This document shows positions 7,933 through 15,612 of a stretch of 64,000 nucleotides of DNA, piece by piece; position 1 is the stretch's first letter; each line of letters begins with the position of its first letter. Under the pieces are notes generated by a model. That model did no database searches, was not told the DNA's origin, and saw only the letters and a list, made by a program, of their open reading frames with translations. The translations under genes and the position numbers were made by a program. Source of the DNA: an uncultured virus (IMG/VR IMGVR_UViG_3300029904_000008) (Duplodnaviria > Heunggongvirae > Uroviricota > Caudoviricetes); IMG/VR virus record IMGVR_UViG_3300029904_000008. One strand, given 5' to 3'.

Positions 7933-8807
7933 TACTTGAGGTCATTTTTAAAGATTATACCCTTATTAAGTTTCATAAACTTCTCATGAATAGAGTCAGG
8001 AAGCAATACATCATGCGACCATCTGAGGAAGAACTTAGAAGGCTGCTTATCGGGATTCTCAAGCAATTGCCTTTGTTCTGCAGAGAACTTCATTCTTTCC
8101 TCCGGTAACATCCATGCAGGCATCTTTGTGAATTCTACTGTGCTGAAGGTAAGTACCTTCTTTCCAGTATCTATTTGCAAAGGGTGTTTCCTTTCCCTAA
8201 ATAAGTAAGGTATTACCTTTTTAGAAGGTCCATTCATTACTTTAAATCCGAACAGGATCATGGGATCGAATTTATCGGACTTAGGATCCTTAGCCCTTTT
8301 AATGCAACGTATCATCCACGAGTATGATTGTAGATATTGGCCGTTATTATTAGCTTCACCTATATCCTTAGATTTAAAAGGAAAATCTGGGAAATAATAA
8401 AGAAGATCCTCAGTAAGGATAAATACAAATCCCAATTCTCTTAGGTATTTTATAATGGCATCCTGATTTTCTCCATTTTTGGCCATTTCCTCTACCTTAA
8501 GCATAATATCCTCCCTGGGTGATTCTAAGTTAGCCGTAGGAGAATTTGAGGGTCTTCCTCTTCCCGTAATTTCCTTTAAGGGAAGATTACCTGAAAGTTG
8601 ATCAATATAGGTTTTAAAAGCATCTATATCCTGTTTGGTTTGTAAGGTTATTTCCAACCTTACAGGACCCTTATGCTGAAACTTGGGTCCAGTATTTAAT
8701 TCTGTATAGGCATCTACTAACCTATCCTGAAGGTAACTACCATCCTCATTTAAGGTAGTTATTCTCATTTTAGGTTTGAATACCTTTTTATCTTCTTGAG
8801 ATTCCAT
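7932..8807 (-). CDS. Hypothetical protein
   Basis: 291-aa ORF containing an AT-hook-like GRGRPS motif. Confidence 0.7.
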   Translation of the reverse strand: MESQEDKKVFKPKMRITTLNEDGSYLQDRLVDAYTELNTGPKFQHKGPVRLEITLQTKQDIDAFKTYIDQLSGNLPLKEITGRGRPSNSPTANLESPREDIMLKVEEMAKNGENQDAIIKYLRELGFVFILTEDLLYYFPDFPFKSKDIGEANNNGQYLQSYSWMIRCIKRAKDPKSDKFDPMILFGFKVMNGPSKKVIPYLFRERKHPLQIDTGKKVLTFSTVEFTKMPAWMLPEERMKFSAEQRQLLENPDKQPSKFFLRWSHDVLLPDSIHEKFMKLNKGIIFKNDLK

Positions 8808-8827
8808 GTTATAAATGTTTTAAGATG

Positions 8828-8864
8828 AAAAAAGGGAGGATAGGATTTTTAGGTCCCTCCTCCC
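8828..8864 (-). terminator. Intrinsic terminator
   Basis: GGGAGGA/TCCTCCC stem plus T6. Confidence 0.65.
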
Positions 8865-8904
8865 CGTGATGACTACAATTAAACTGAAGATATCGATGGA
8901 TTTT

Positions 8905-9489
8905 TTAATCCTCCTCTTTAACGGCTTTCTTCTTTTTATTCACCTTCTTATCCTTTTCTACCTTCTTTTTTACATCATCCTTTGTTGCTTTCTTTACCGG
9001 TTTCTTAGAGGAAGTAGATGCCTCACCGGCAGCCAGTTTCCTTTGCTCCATACGATACTTTTTCTTTTCAGCTGCAGTCATTTCCCTGCCATCCACCAGA
9101 GGATAGTCATATTTAGTAGCAACCTTGCGGGATCCATTCTTCTTCTCCACAGCTTTTTTATTCTCTACTTTTTCTTTGATCTTCTTAAGATCCTTCTTCT
9201 TTGAGGGAGTTTCCTTACCCTCAGCTTTCTTTACCTTTTTCATAATAATTCTACGAGTTTTAGTGGTTAATAACTTTAATCTATTCTTTACATCCGATAA
9301 AGGGTATTGATCCATGATCTTATCCCTTTCCTTATTAAGTTTAAGTAAAAGCAATGCGATCTTTTTACCATGGATGGGATCTTTACTGTAATCCTTATCA
9401 AAGGATAGGTTATTTTCCTCCATGTATTTAAAAAGTTCGTTCTTAGCCTTTCTTAGTTCTGGTGAGTATTTATATTCTCTTTCCTTCAT
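8905..9489 (-). CDS. Lys-rich hypothetical protein
   Basis: 194 aa with a very basic C-terminal half. Confidence 0.65.
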   Translation of the reverse strand: MKEREYKYSPELRKAKNELFKYMEENNLSFDKDYSKDPIHGKKIALLLLKLNKERDKIMDQYPLSDVKNRLKLLTTKTRRIIMKKVKKAEGKETPSKKKDLKKIKEKVENKKAVEKKNGSRKVATKYDYPLVDGREMTAAEKKKYRMEQRKLAAGEASTSSKKPVKKATKDDVKKKVEKDKKVNKKKKAVKEED

Positions 9490-9501
9490 AAGTTTCGGAA
9501 T

Positions 9502-9894
9502 TTATATGAATATAGATTTGTGATCCGAAATAAAAGGATGGATCTCTTTAATTTCTAGGATTTTAATTTCCTGTTGCCAATATTGGGATATAACCTTATA
9601 TAAATCGATAACCTCGGATTTACATAAAGCAACTATCATCCCATGGTGAACTTCTTCTCCTACCTTAAAAGTTACCTGGAATATAGAATTGCCATATAGT
9701 TTCTCCTTAATCTTTTGAATTACCCAATTACATTTATTGGATAACTGATTTATTTGTATCAACAGGCTTCTTGCTGCATTATTATGGTTAGCTTCTAGTT
9801 CTTTTTTTCTTTCTAAAGTAAGTTTTCTTATAGTAAAAGTTATATCTACTAGATCGGAAACAAAATCGGACATATATTTTACTTTTCTTGCCAT
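9502..9894 (-). CDS. Hypothetical protein
   Basis: 130-aa ORF. Confidence 0.6.
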   Translation of the reverse strand: MARKVKYMSDFVSDLVDITFTIRKLTLERKKELEANHNNAARSLLIQINQLSNKCNWVIQKIKEKLYGNSIFQVTFKVGEEVHHGMIVALCKSEVIDLYKVISQYWQQEIKILEIKEIHPFISDHKSIFI

Positions 9895-10118
9895 TGGGGT
9901 TTCTTTATAGGATTATTATCTATATTAGGATAGTCCTCGGATATAACCCAATCGATACATTTCAAAAGGTTCTGAAAGAATTCTTTAGGTTCATCATCTA
10001 AAGAGTTATCCAATATTCCTTGAACATCATCTTTAGCTTGAAGTAAACAGAATCCTATTATATCCTTTTTTAATTGTTCCTTTTCGATTTTCTCTTGGCT
10101 CTTTTTAAATATTCCCAT
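9879..10118 (-). CDS. Hypothetical protein
   Basis: 79-aa ORF. Confidence 0.55.
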   Translation of the reverse strand: MGIFKKSQEKIEKEQLKKDIIGFCLLQAKDDVQGILDNSLDDEPKEFFQNLLKCIDWVISEDYPNIDNNPIKKPQWQEK

Positions 10119-10138
10119 AAGTGTATGTGTTTATATAC

Positions 10139-10167
10139 AAAGAATCCCCTAAAATGAATTAGGGGAT
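10139..10167 (-). terminator. Terminator hairpin
   Basis: ATCCCCTAA/TTAGGGGAT stem. Confidence 0.55.
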
Positions 10168-10208
10168 CCATGCAAAATATCAATATGACAGAGGTAGAGT
10201 GTTATAGG

Positions 10209-10595
10209 TTAATCCTCAGAATCTTCTGCATCACCCTCTTCTACATCCTCGTCATCAACCTTAACTTTCTTCTCCTTGGGGGAGCAAATAATACCGTGGT
10301 TCTTCTTACTCTTTACGGTAAGTTTACCGGGAACAAATGCTACGCTTGAAGAAAGAATTTCTCCGTCCTTGTTCTTTACTACGGAAGTAACCAGTACACC
10401 CACATATTCCTTCTTCTGTTTGATGGCATATCCGTAGTTCTCAACTACTGTATCCTTGCCTTCAATTACATCGATCTGTTTGCTGTTAGGTCTTTGGATT
10501 GCGGGGCGGTTCTTAATTGCTTCCAGTCTTGCCTTTTTCTTAGCTGCCTTTTCCTCAGCAGTCATTGCCTTTTTCTTTTCTTGTTTCTTAGCCAT
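10209..10595 (-). CDS. Hypothetical protein with basic N-terminus and acidic C-terminus
   Basis: 128-aa ORF bounded by hairpins. Confidence 0.7.
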   Translation of the reverse strand: MAKKQEKKKAMTAEEKAAKKKARLEAIKNRPAIQRPNSKQIDVIEGKDTVVENYGYAIKQKKEYVGVLVTSVVKNKDGEILSSSVAFVPGKLTVKSKKNHGIICSPKEKKVKVDDEDVEEGDAEDSED

Positions 10596-10632
10596 GATTT
10601 TAAATTTTAAATACGGTTACTAATTTGGGTTT

Positions 10633-10657
10633 AAAAGAGGGAGTATTACCTCCCTCT
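10633..10657 (-). terminator. Intrinsic terminator
   Basis: AGAGGGAG/CTCCCTCT stem plus T-tract. Confidence 0.65.
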
Positions 10658-10663
10658 ATGATT

Positions 10664-11197
10664 TTACTTCTTTCCTTTTTTAGACTTCTTAGGAGCAGGA
10701 AGCTTGATTCCGAGGGCCTTTGCAACATCCTTGCGGAGTTTCTCTACCTCATCCTCATCATAATCATCGGGATCTACATCCAATTCCTTATCTTCGCATA
10801 CATCCTCGAGTTCCTCGAAGTCCATTTCTGCAAGAGATTCCGGAGTTATTTCCTCTTCCTCTTCTTCTTCCTCCTCTTCGTCATCATCGTCATCGGAGTC
10901 ATCATCATCGTCTTCGTCATCATCATCTCCCTCTTCATCATCTTCTTCATCGTCATCGTCAGAGTCATCATCATCCTCCTCATCCGAATCCGAATCTGAG
11001 TCATCATCGTCGTCATCATCATCCTCTTCTTCCTCTTCTCCAAAGATAGATTCTACATCCTCTGCAGAGAGTTTGAAAGGAGCAGGGATAATCTCTACTG
11101 AACCATCCTCATAACGGATGATCTTAGTTCCATTTTCAAGTGTTACTTCTGAAACTACTGCCAATTCCTTGGCTTTCTTTGCATTTTTCTTTGCCAT
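10664..11197 (-). CDS. Hyperacidic protein with a poly-D/E tract
   Basis: About 60 nearly uninterrupted D/E residues between basic termini, plus a C-terminal two-helix module. Confidence 0.75.
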   Translation of the reverse strand: MAKKNAKKAKELAVVSEVTLENGTKIIRYEDGSVEIIPAPFKLSAEDVESIFGEEEEEDDDDDDDDSDSDSDEEDDDDSDDDDEEDDEEGDDDDEDDDDDSDDDDDEEEEEEEEEEITPESLAEMDFEELEDVCEDKELDVDPDDYDEDEVEKLRKDVAKALGIKLPAPKKSKKGKK

Positions 11198-11226
11198 TGT
11201 TTTAAGTTTTTAAAAGGGTTAATTAC

Positions 11227-11463
11227 TTATAGTTGTTTATCACATTTACCGGTTTTATCCCTGGTAATTACGGTTTGGTAATAACCGTGTTCCTTATGTT
11301 CTAAATCATTGTTATATTGTTTCACCTCTTCTAGTAGAGTAGTCAAATCTACCATTGAATTCAGAGTTATAGGTTCTTCATCAACGGCTTCCTCCTCTAC
11401 CCAGGTAATTTTATATACCTGTTGGGGAAACTGGGATTTGGCTTCTTTGAAATTCATTTCCAT
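11227..11463 (-). CDS. Hypothetical protein
   Basis: 78-aa ORF. Confidence 0.55.
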   Translation of the reverse strand: MEMNFKEAKSQFPQQVYKITWVEEEAVDEEPITLNSMVDLTTLLEEVKQYNNDLEHKEHGYYQTVITRDKTGKCDKQL

Positions 11464-11466
11464 ATT

Positions 11467-12063
11467 TTATTGGTATTGGTTTAGTGTATATTGTATTTTA
11501 GTATATCCCATAATACTTTTTAGGGTAAACTCATCATGTATATGAGGGATTCCCTTTTTCAACAATCTATAGTTATTGGTATATCTAGCGGGATAAATAT
11601 ATTCTTTCCCCTCGATTAATCGATTTACCATAATATAGCAATATTTTTTAGGATTGTATTTAGGGTATTTCTCCAGCGGCACGAAGCCTCGATATTCTAC
11701 TTCTCTCTTCAACTGTTTTTCTGATAGATTCGGTATCAGGCATCCTTTCGAGATTGTTAAGGATGTGAGAAATTCGTCCCACAGTCCTCTTTTTACTATC
11801 CTTGTCGATTTTTGGATGGATTGCTTCATACTGAGGTGTTCCTTTTTGAAGAAATGGAGTGATAGATCCCCGATAATAGAGTGCACTACCGTATTTCCAT
11901 TGGAGGATAATATCTTCTTCTGGGATTCTGATAGCCTTGCATATCTCCGATAAGAGAGCACGATTGACCTTATATCTCTGGGTGTTTTGATATGAAAACT
12001 TGAACCCAATTCGGTAGCCGTAGTAATTGCGGATAAGTTCCTGGTTGAATCTCTTTTTCCCAT
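11467..12063 (-). CDS. Hypothetical protein overlapping the upstream ORF by 404 nt
   Basis: 198-aa ORF, needed to fill 11467-11660. The true start is uncertain. Confidence 0.5.
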   Translation of the reverse strand: MGKRDSTRNLSAITTATELGSSFHIKTPRDIRSIVLSYRRYARLSESQKKILSSNGNTVVHSIIGDLSLHFFKKEHLSMKQSIQKSTRIVKRGLWDEFLTSLTISKGCLIPNLSEKQLKREVEYRGFVPLEKYPKYNPKKYCYIMVNRLIEGKEYIYPARYTNNYRLLKKGIPHIHDEFTLKSIMGYTKIQYTLNQYQ

Positions 12064-12460
12064 ATTTATCTAATATATTACGCATCTTTACTGTGAATCT
12101 CCTCCTGAGGTGTTTATTCTGTAGATAATCTGGAGGCATTATCCACTTCCTCATTTTTCGAAGCTTATTTTTATACCAAACTCTTTTTACAGCATATTTG
12201 GGTAAAAATTCTATCCCCTCTGCCAGTAGTTTTTTACCAGAAGCAATTTTAATCTCTAGTAATGATTCTACTCCCAGTTGGTATACCATCATCCTCTTAG
12301 CATGTAGTTTAGTATAAAAAGGAATCCCACAGATATGTTTCTTAAGGAATAGTTTTGAGCTGTTCCTATTTTTATAAATACCTGTGGGATCTGGTACATA
12401 GCTCCAAAGATAATATCTATCTTCCCATATTATTTGAGGATTCTCAGCTATTCTTGCCAT
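11660..12460 (-). CDS. Basic hypothetical protein
   Basis: 266-aa ORF coupled to the upstream gene. Confidence 0.6.
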   Translation of the reverse strand: MARIAENPQIIWEDRYYLWSYVPDPTGIYKNRNSSKLFLKKHICGIPFYTKLHAKRMMVYQLGVESLLEIKIASGKKLLAEGIEFLPKYAVKRVWYKNKLRKMRKWIMPPDYLQNKHLRRRFTVKMRNILDKYGKKRFNQELIRNYYGYRIGFKFSYQNTQRYKVNRALLSEICKAIRIPEEDIILQWKYGSALYYRGSITPFLQKGTPQYEAIHPKIDKDSKKRTVGRISHILNNLERMPDTESIRKTVEERSRISRLRAAGEIP

Positions 12461-13022
12461 TTTTAGTATCCCTTTTAGCTTTCCTATACCATAGGTTTAT
12501 GGATTTATCATTTGCATCAGGAAACTTCTTTTTAACTCTTCGAATAACCCTTTCTAATGAAAATCCTTTTCCAGCTAGTTCATAAGTATAGGATTTTTTA
12601 GTTCCCTTAATAAGATTAAACTCATCCCTTTCTCTTGGAGGTTTCCTTTCCTTTTTCTTCCTTATTCCCGGGACTCGTTTTGTTCTTCTATTCCCGTTTT
12701 CGTCTTCTTCTCCGAGAAACCCAAGCCTTAATCGGGAATTTCTCAGAGGATGATTTTTATCATATCCAGCTTCCTCCAATTGTTTATCCATCCAGTCATC
12801 GTATTGATTAATAAGTTCCTGATTGGGTTTATTGGTAGAACTGTTGATATATCCGATTAATCCAAATACTGATGCTTTGCAAGCATCCGGAAAAGGCATA
12901 CCAAGTATTACTGCCTGTCTTTTTAAATCTCGGTAAGTCATATGCCTACCAGCAGATGTAAGGAGATTGGCTTTCTCCTTGTTTGCCATCTTAGGCTTTA
13001 GTTTTTTCTTAGTTACTGCCAT
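12444..13022 (-). CDS. Basic protein with a putative C-terminal HTH/winged helix
   Basis: GTKKSYTYELAGKGFSLERVIRRVKKKFPDANDKSINLWY. Confidence 0.65.
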   Translation of the reverse strand: MAVTKKKLKPKMANKEKANLLTSAGRHMTYRDLKRQAVILGMPFPDACKASVFGLIGYINSSTNKPNQELINQYDDWMDKQLEEAGYDKNHPLRNSRLRLGFLGEEDENGNRRTKRVPGIRKKKERKPPRERDEFNLIKGTKKSYTYELAGKGFSLERVIRRVKKKFPDANDKSINLWYRKAKRDTKNGKNS

Positions 13023-13284
13023 ATAATATTGAATTTAAGATTGCATCCTCAATTTGATAAAGTACGGAATCCTTGAACGTTGATATAGGCAAATTACAAG
13101 TTTCTGTGGGGAAATTGTATATTACCCATAATTTTCCGTCGGATCCCTTGAATAAGGCTTCTATAGAATGTTTGTTGGGAGTTATTACTGACATCCTTAT
13201 GATGGGTTTGTTGTTGTCCATTCTATCAGCCAATTTACGCATATTTAAATATGCGTTTAACCTATTTATTATACTGACATCCAT
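13009..13284 (-). CDS. Hypothetical protein
   Basis: First gene after the promoter at 13313-13344. Confidence 0.6.
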   Translation of the reverse strand: MDVSIINRLNAYLNMRKLADRMDNNKPIIRMSVITPNKHSIEALFKGSDGKLWVIYNFPTETCNLPISTFKDSVLYQIEDAILNSILYGSN

Positions 13285-13288
13285 ATTT

Positions 13289-13344
13289 TTAAAGTGTTAA
13301 TTAAATTTTTTGCAAATATACATATAATTTTTTAGATATACAAT
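13289..13344 (-). promoter_or_regulatory. Bacteroidota promoter plus conserved leader
   Basis: ATTG-N20-TATATTTG; shares 32 identical bp with 7154-7185. Confidence 0.75.
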
Positions 13345-13347
13345 AAA

Positions 13348-14328
13348 TTAATAAAAAATTTTCTCTTTTGCTCTGGCTAGCCCGACCATGTGGTTAGGAT
13401 CGTCTTTGGAGAGTTTTTTCTTCCTTCTACTTACATGGTAAGCATTGTCTAGAGAAGATACCCCAAGGTCCATGTTATTAATCTCTTGATAATTTATTGC
13501 CTGAGATATACATAATCGGAATTCTGGCCAGAATTTTTGTCCCAGTGAAACTCCTCGAGATTTAACATTAAACCTAGTAACCATAAATCCAAAAGTATCG
13601 GCATCATCCTCAGTTTTGAATACATAGAAATACCATTGAGTTAATTGCTTAACTACTTCCTCTTTTGGTCTTACAGGTATTATCTTATAATTAATCCTAT
13701 CTGAAGGATATATCATCACAATATAATACTTTTCTTTGGGGTAATTAGTCTTATACCAATACTTTTCTTTTACTTTGTCTAAGAACCATTCTGGCATCTT
13801 ATGAAGTAAATATTTGATATAAGCTTTATATTTTCTATTTAATCTTCTCTTGTATGCTGAGGGCTGTTGAAGCATTACAGGTAAAATCCTAAAAGTATTC
13901 CATCTATCGAATTCTCGAATAAATTTCACAGTATCAATATCCCAAGGATTACCTGTTTCTATAAGCCATCTCATATTCCTTGTGATAGTTCTATGATTTA
14001 CCTTTGGAAGTATTTGGCTGGCATCACCTGTAAATAATCTGGCTTCTTTAGATCCTATTCTTTTTTCGATAACCCCTTCTATATAATGCCTAAATTGGAA
14101 TTCACAAGGACAATCGGGTCTAAATATTGCCTCGTGTTTTTCAAAGAAGTCACTGAATAATCTAAAGAATTTCTCGGCCCGTTCTTTTAACTCCATATAC
14201 TTGTAATGAGTCATACCCATAAGTTGACTAGCTTCACAAGTAGATTTATTTTCGGATATAGCTAAGAATAGGCATTGCCTTTCCTTTTCTTTTAAGCAAT
14301 CCCAAGCTTTCTCTTGATAGGGTGTCAT
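13348..14328 (-). CDS. Protein with an N-terminal sigma-70 region-4-like HTH
   Basis: AWDCLKEKERQCLFLAISENKSTCEASQLMGMTHYKYMELKERAEK fits the region-4 pattern. Confidence 0.6.
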   Translation of the reverse strand: MTPYQEKAWDCLKEKERQCLFLAISENKSTCEASQLMGMTHYKYMELKERAEKFFRLFSDFFEKHEAIFRPDCPCEFQFRHYIEGVIEKRIGSKEARLFTGDASQILPKVNHRTITRNMRWLIETGNPWDIDTVKFIREFDRWNTFRILPVMLQQPSAYKRRLNRKYKAYIKYLLHKMPEWFLDKVKEKYWYKTNYPKEKYYIVMIYPSDRINYKIIPVRPKEEVVKQLTQWYFYVFKTEDDADTFGFMVTRFNVKSRGVSLGQKFWPEFRLCISQAINYQEINNMDLGVSSLDNAYHVSRRKKKLSKDDPNHMVGLARAKEKIFY

Positions 14329-15050
14329 TTTCTCTTACTTTTACGTTTAAGGGTTTTCAATCTATCCAAATAATCCTGGGTATAAGTATTGGGATTAAAA
14401 GGTTTATCCTGACCTATTAGTATATCTGGATTATAATCTCGGTATATGGTATAGAATACATCATCAAAAGGTAACTTAGTAATAAGTTTTCCATATTCTG
14501 GGTACATTACTACCTCTACCATCTTCTCATTATAATCGATAGATAATACCGTAGCATCTACTCCTTCATAAGGATAATTAGTTAAGGTAATATAATCTCC
14601 TATCTTAAGGCTCATTAATTCCTCCACAGAATAAGTTTTATTTGCCTTAGCTAACTTGATAAATCTCCTTACTACCTTTTTAGGAACCGTAGCTACCTTT
14701 GAGAAGTCATCCCAATCCTCAGCATTGTCTATTCTCCTTCTTTTCTTTCGAGAGAATAAAGTTTCGGTATCTTTAAGCCAAGCTTTTATCCCGGGTATTC
14801 TTTTACGTAGTTTATTGAGAAAAGATCTAGAATATGCCAATTCTGTAGGCATTTTCATAAATCCATAGTTGAACAGTATAGGAACATTTTCGAATAACAT
14901 TTTACCTCGACTATTACGCTTAAGTATCTGAAGAACTGGGATTATGGCTTTTACCTTTCTATTTAATCCCAGCTCCTCTAACTTCTCATTAATATCCTTG
15001 TAATATTTAGGTTCAAGGTAAAATATACAGTATGTCCTATGCGTCTTCAT
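14325..15050 (-). CDS. NusG/UpxY-family transcription antiterminator
   Basis: NGN-like domain (KAIIPV...PILFNYGFMK) plus a KOW domain (LKIGDYITLTNYPYEGVDATVLSID...VEV). Confidence 0.8.
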   Translation of the reverse strand: MKTHRTYCIFYLEPKYYKDINEKLEELGLNRKVKAIIPVLQILKRNSRGKMLFENVPILFNYGFMKMPTELAYSRSFLNKLRKRIPGIKAWLKDTETLFSRKKRRRIDNAEDWDDFSKVATVPKKVVRRFIKLAKANKTYSVEELMSLKIGDYITLTNYPYEGVDATVLSIDYNEKMVEVVMYPEYGKLITKLPFDDVFYTIYRDYNPDILIGQDKPFNPNTYTQDYLDRLKTLKRKSKRK

Positions 15051-15582
15051 TTCTTTCCCTTAATATAAATTTAGCTTGCTTATGGATAGCTTTATATGGT
15101 ACAGTTTTAAATATGGCACTTGCCATGAATATATTCAGATCCCCATGATTTGGTGTACTAATGGTCATAAAAGGGTAAGCCATTACAGAAGGATATGCAA
15201 ATACAATCTGAGATAAAGCATTACCTATTACAAAGAAAAACTCATCCTTAGGCATTGAATTATATCTCATACAAAGTATAGGAACTTTCTTTGACCTTTT
15301 AGCATCTTTATAAGCTTGTTCCCAAAATTTAAGAATATCACAATTCTTATTACCTAATAGGATATGTTCGAATTTAATATCCTTGTAGTTTTTACATTCT
15401 ATAGATATTTTACACCTATGAGCATGTTTTTCATCGGTACAGGTAAGATCTGAGGTGGAATCCTTATTAGAATGCCATGCCCCAGATCCTGCCCGATTCC
15501 TTTCAAATTTATATCCAGACCATTCTGTAAACCACTTAGCAATAGCCCTTTCGAATTTATTACCTTTGCGTTTAGAGTTCAT
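15037..15582 (-). CDS. Holliday junction resolvase (Hjc-like, PD-(D/E)xK)
   Basis: NSKRKGNKFER...SDL...SIECKN...FWEQA. Confidence 0.8.
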   Translation of the reverse strand: MNSKRKGNKFERAIAKWFTEWSGYKFERNRAGSGAWHSNKDSTSDLTCTDEKHAHRCKISIECKNYKDIKFEHILLGNKNCDILKFWEQAYKDAKRSKKVPILCMRYNSMPKDEFFFVIGNALSQIVFAYPSVMAYPFMTISTPNHGDLNIFMASAIFKTVPYKAIHKQAKFILRERNEDA

Positions 15583-15612
15583 AATATCAGTATTGTAATT
15601 TTATACAATACT

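Noticed and set aside
10625..11049. Plus-strand His-rich and hydrophobic ORFs, and the Met/Thr-rich minus ORF 10846..11043
   Set aside because: These are shadow frames of the poly-Asp/Glu codon tract.
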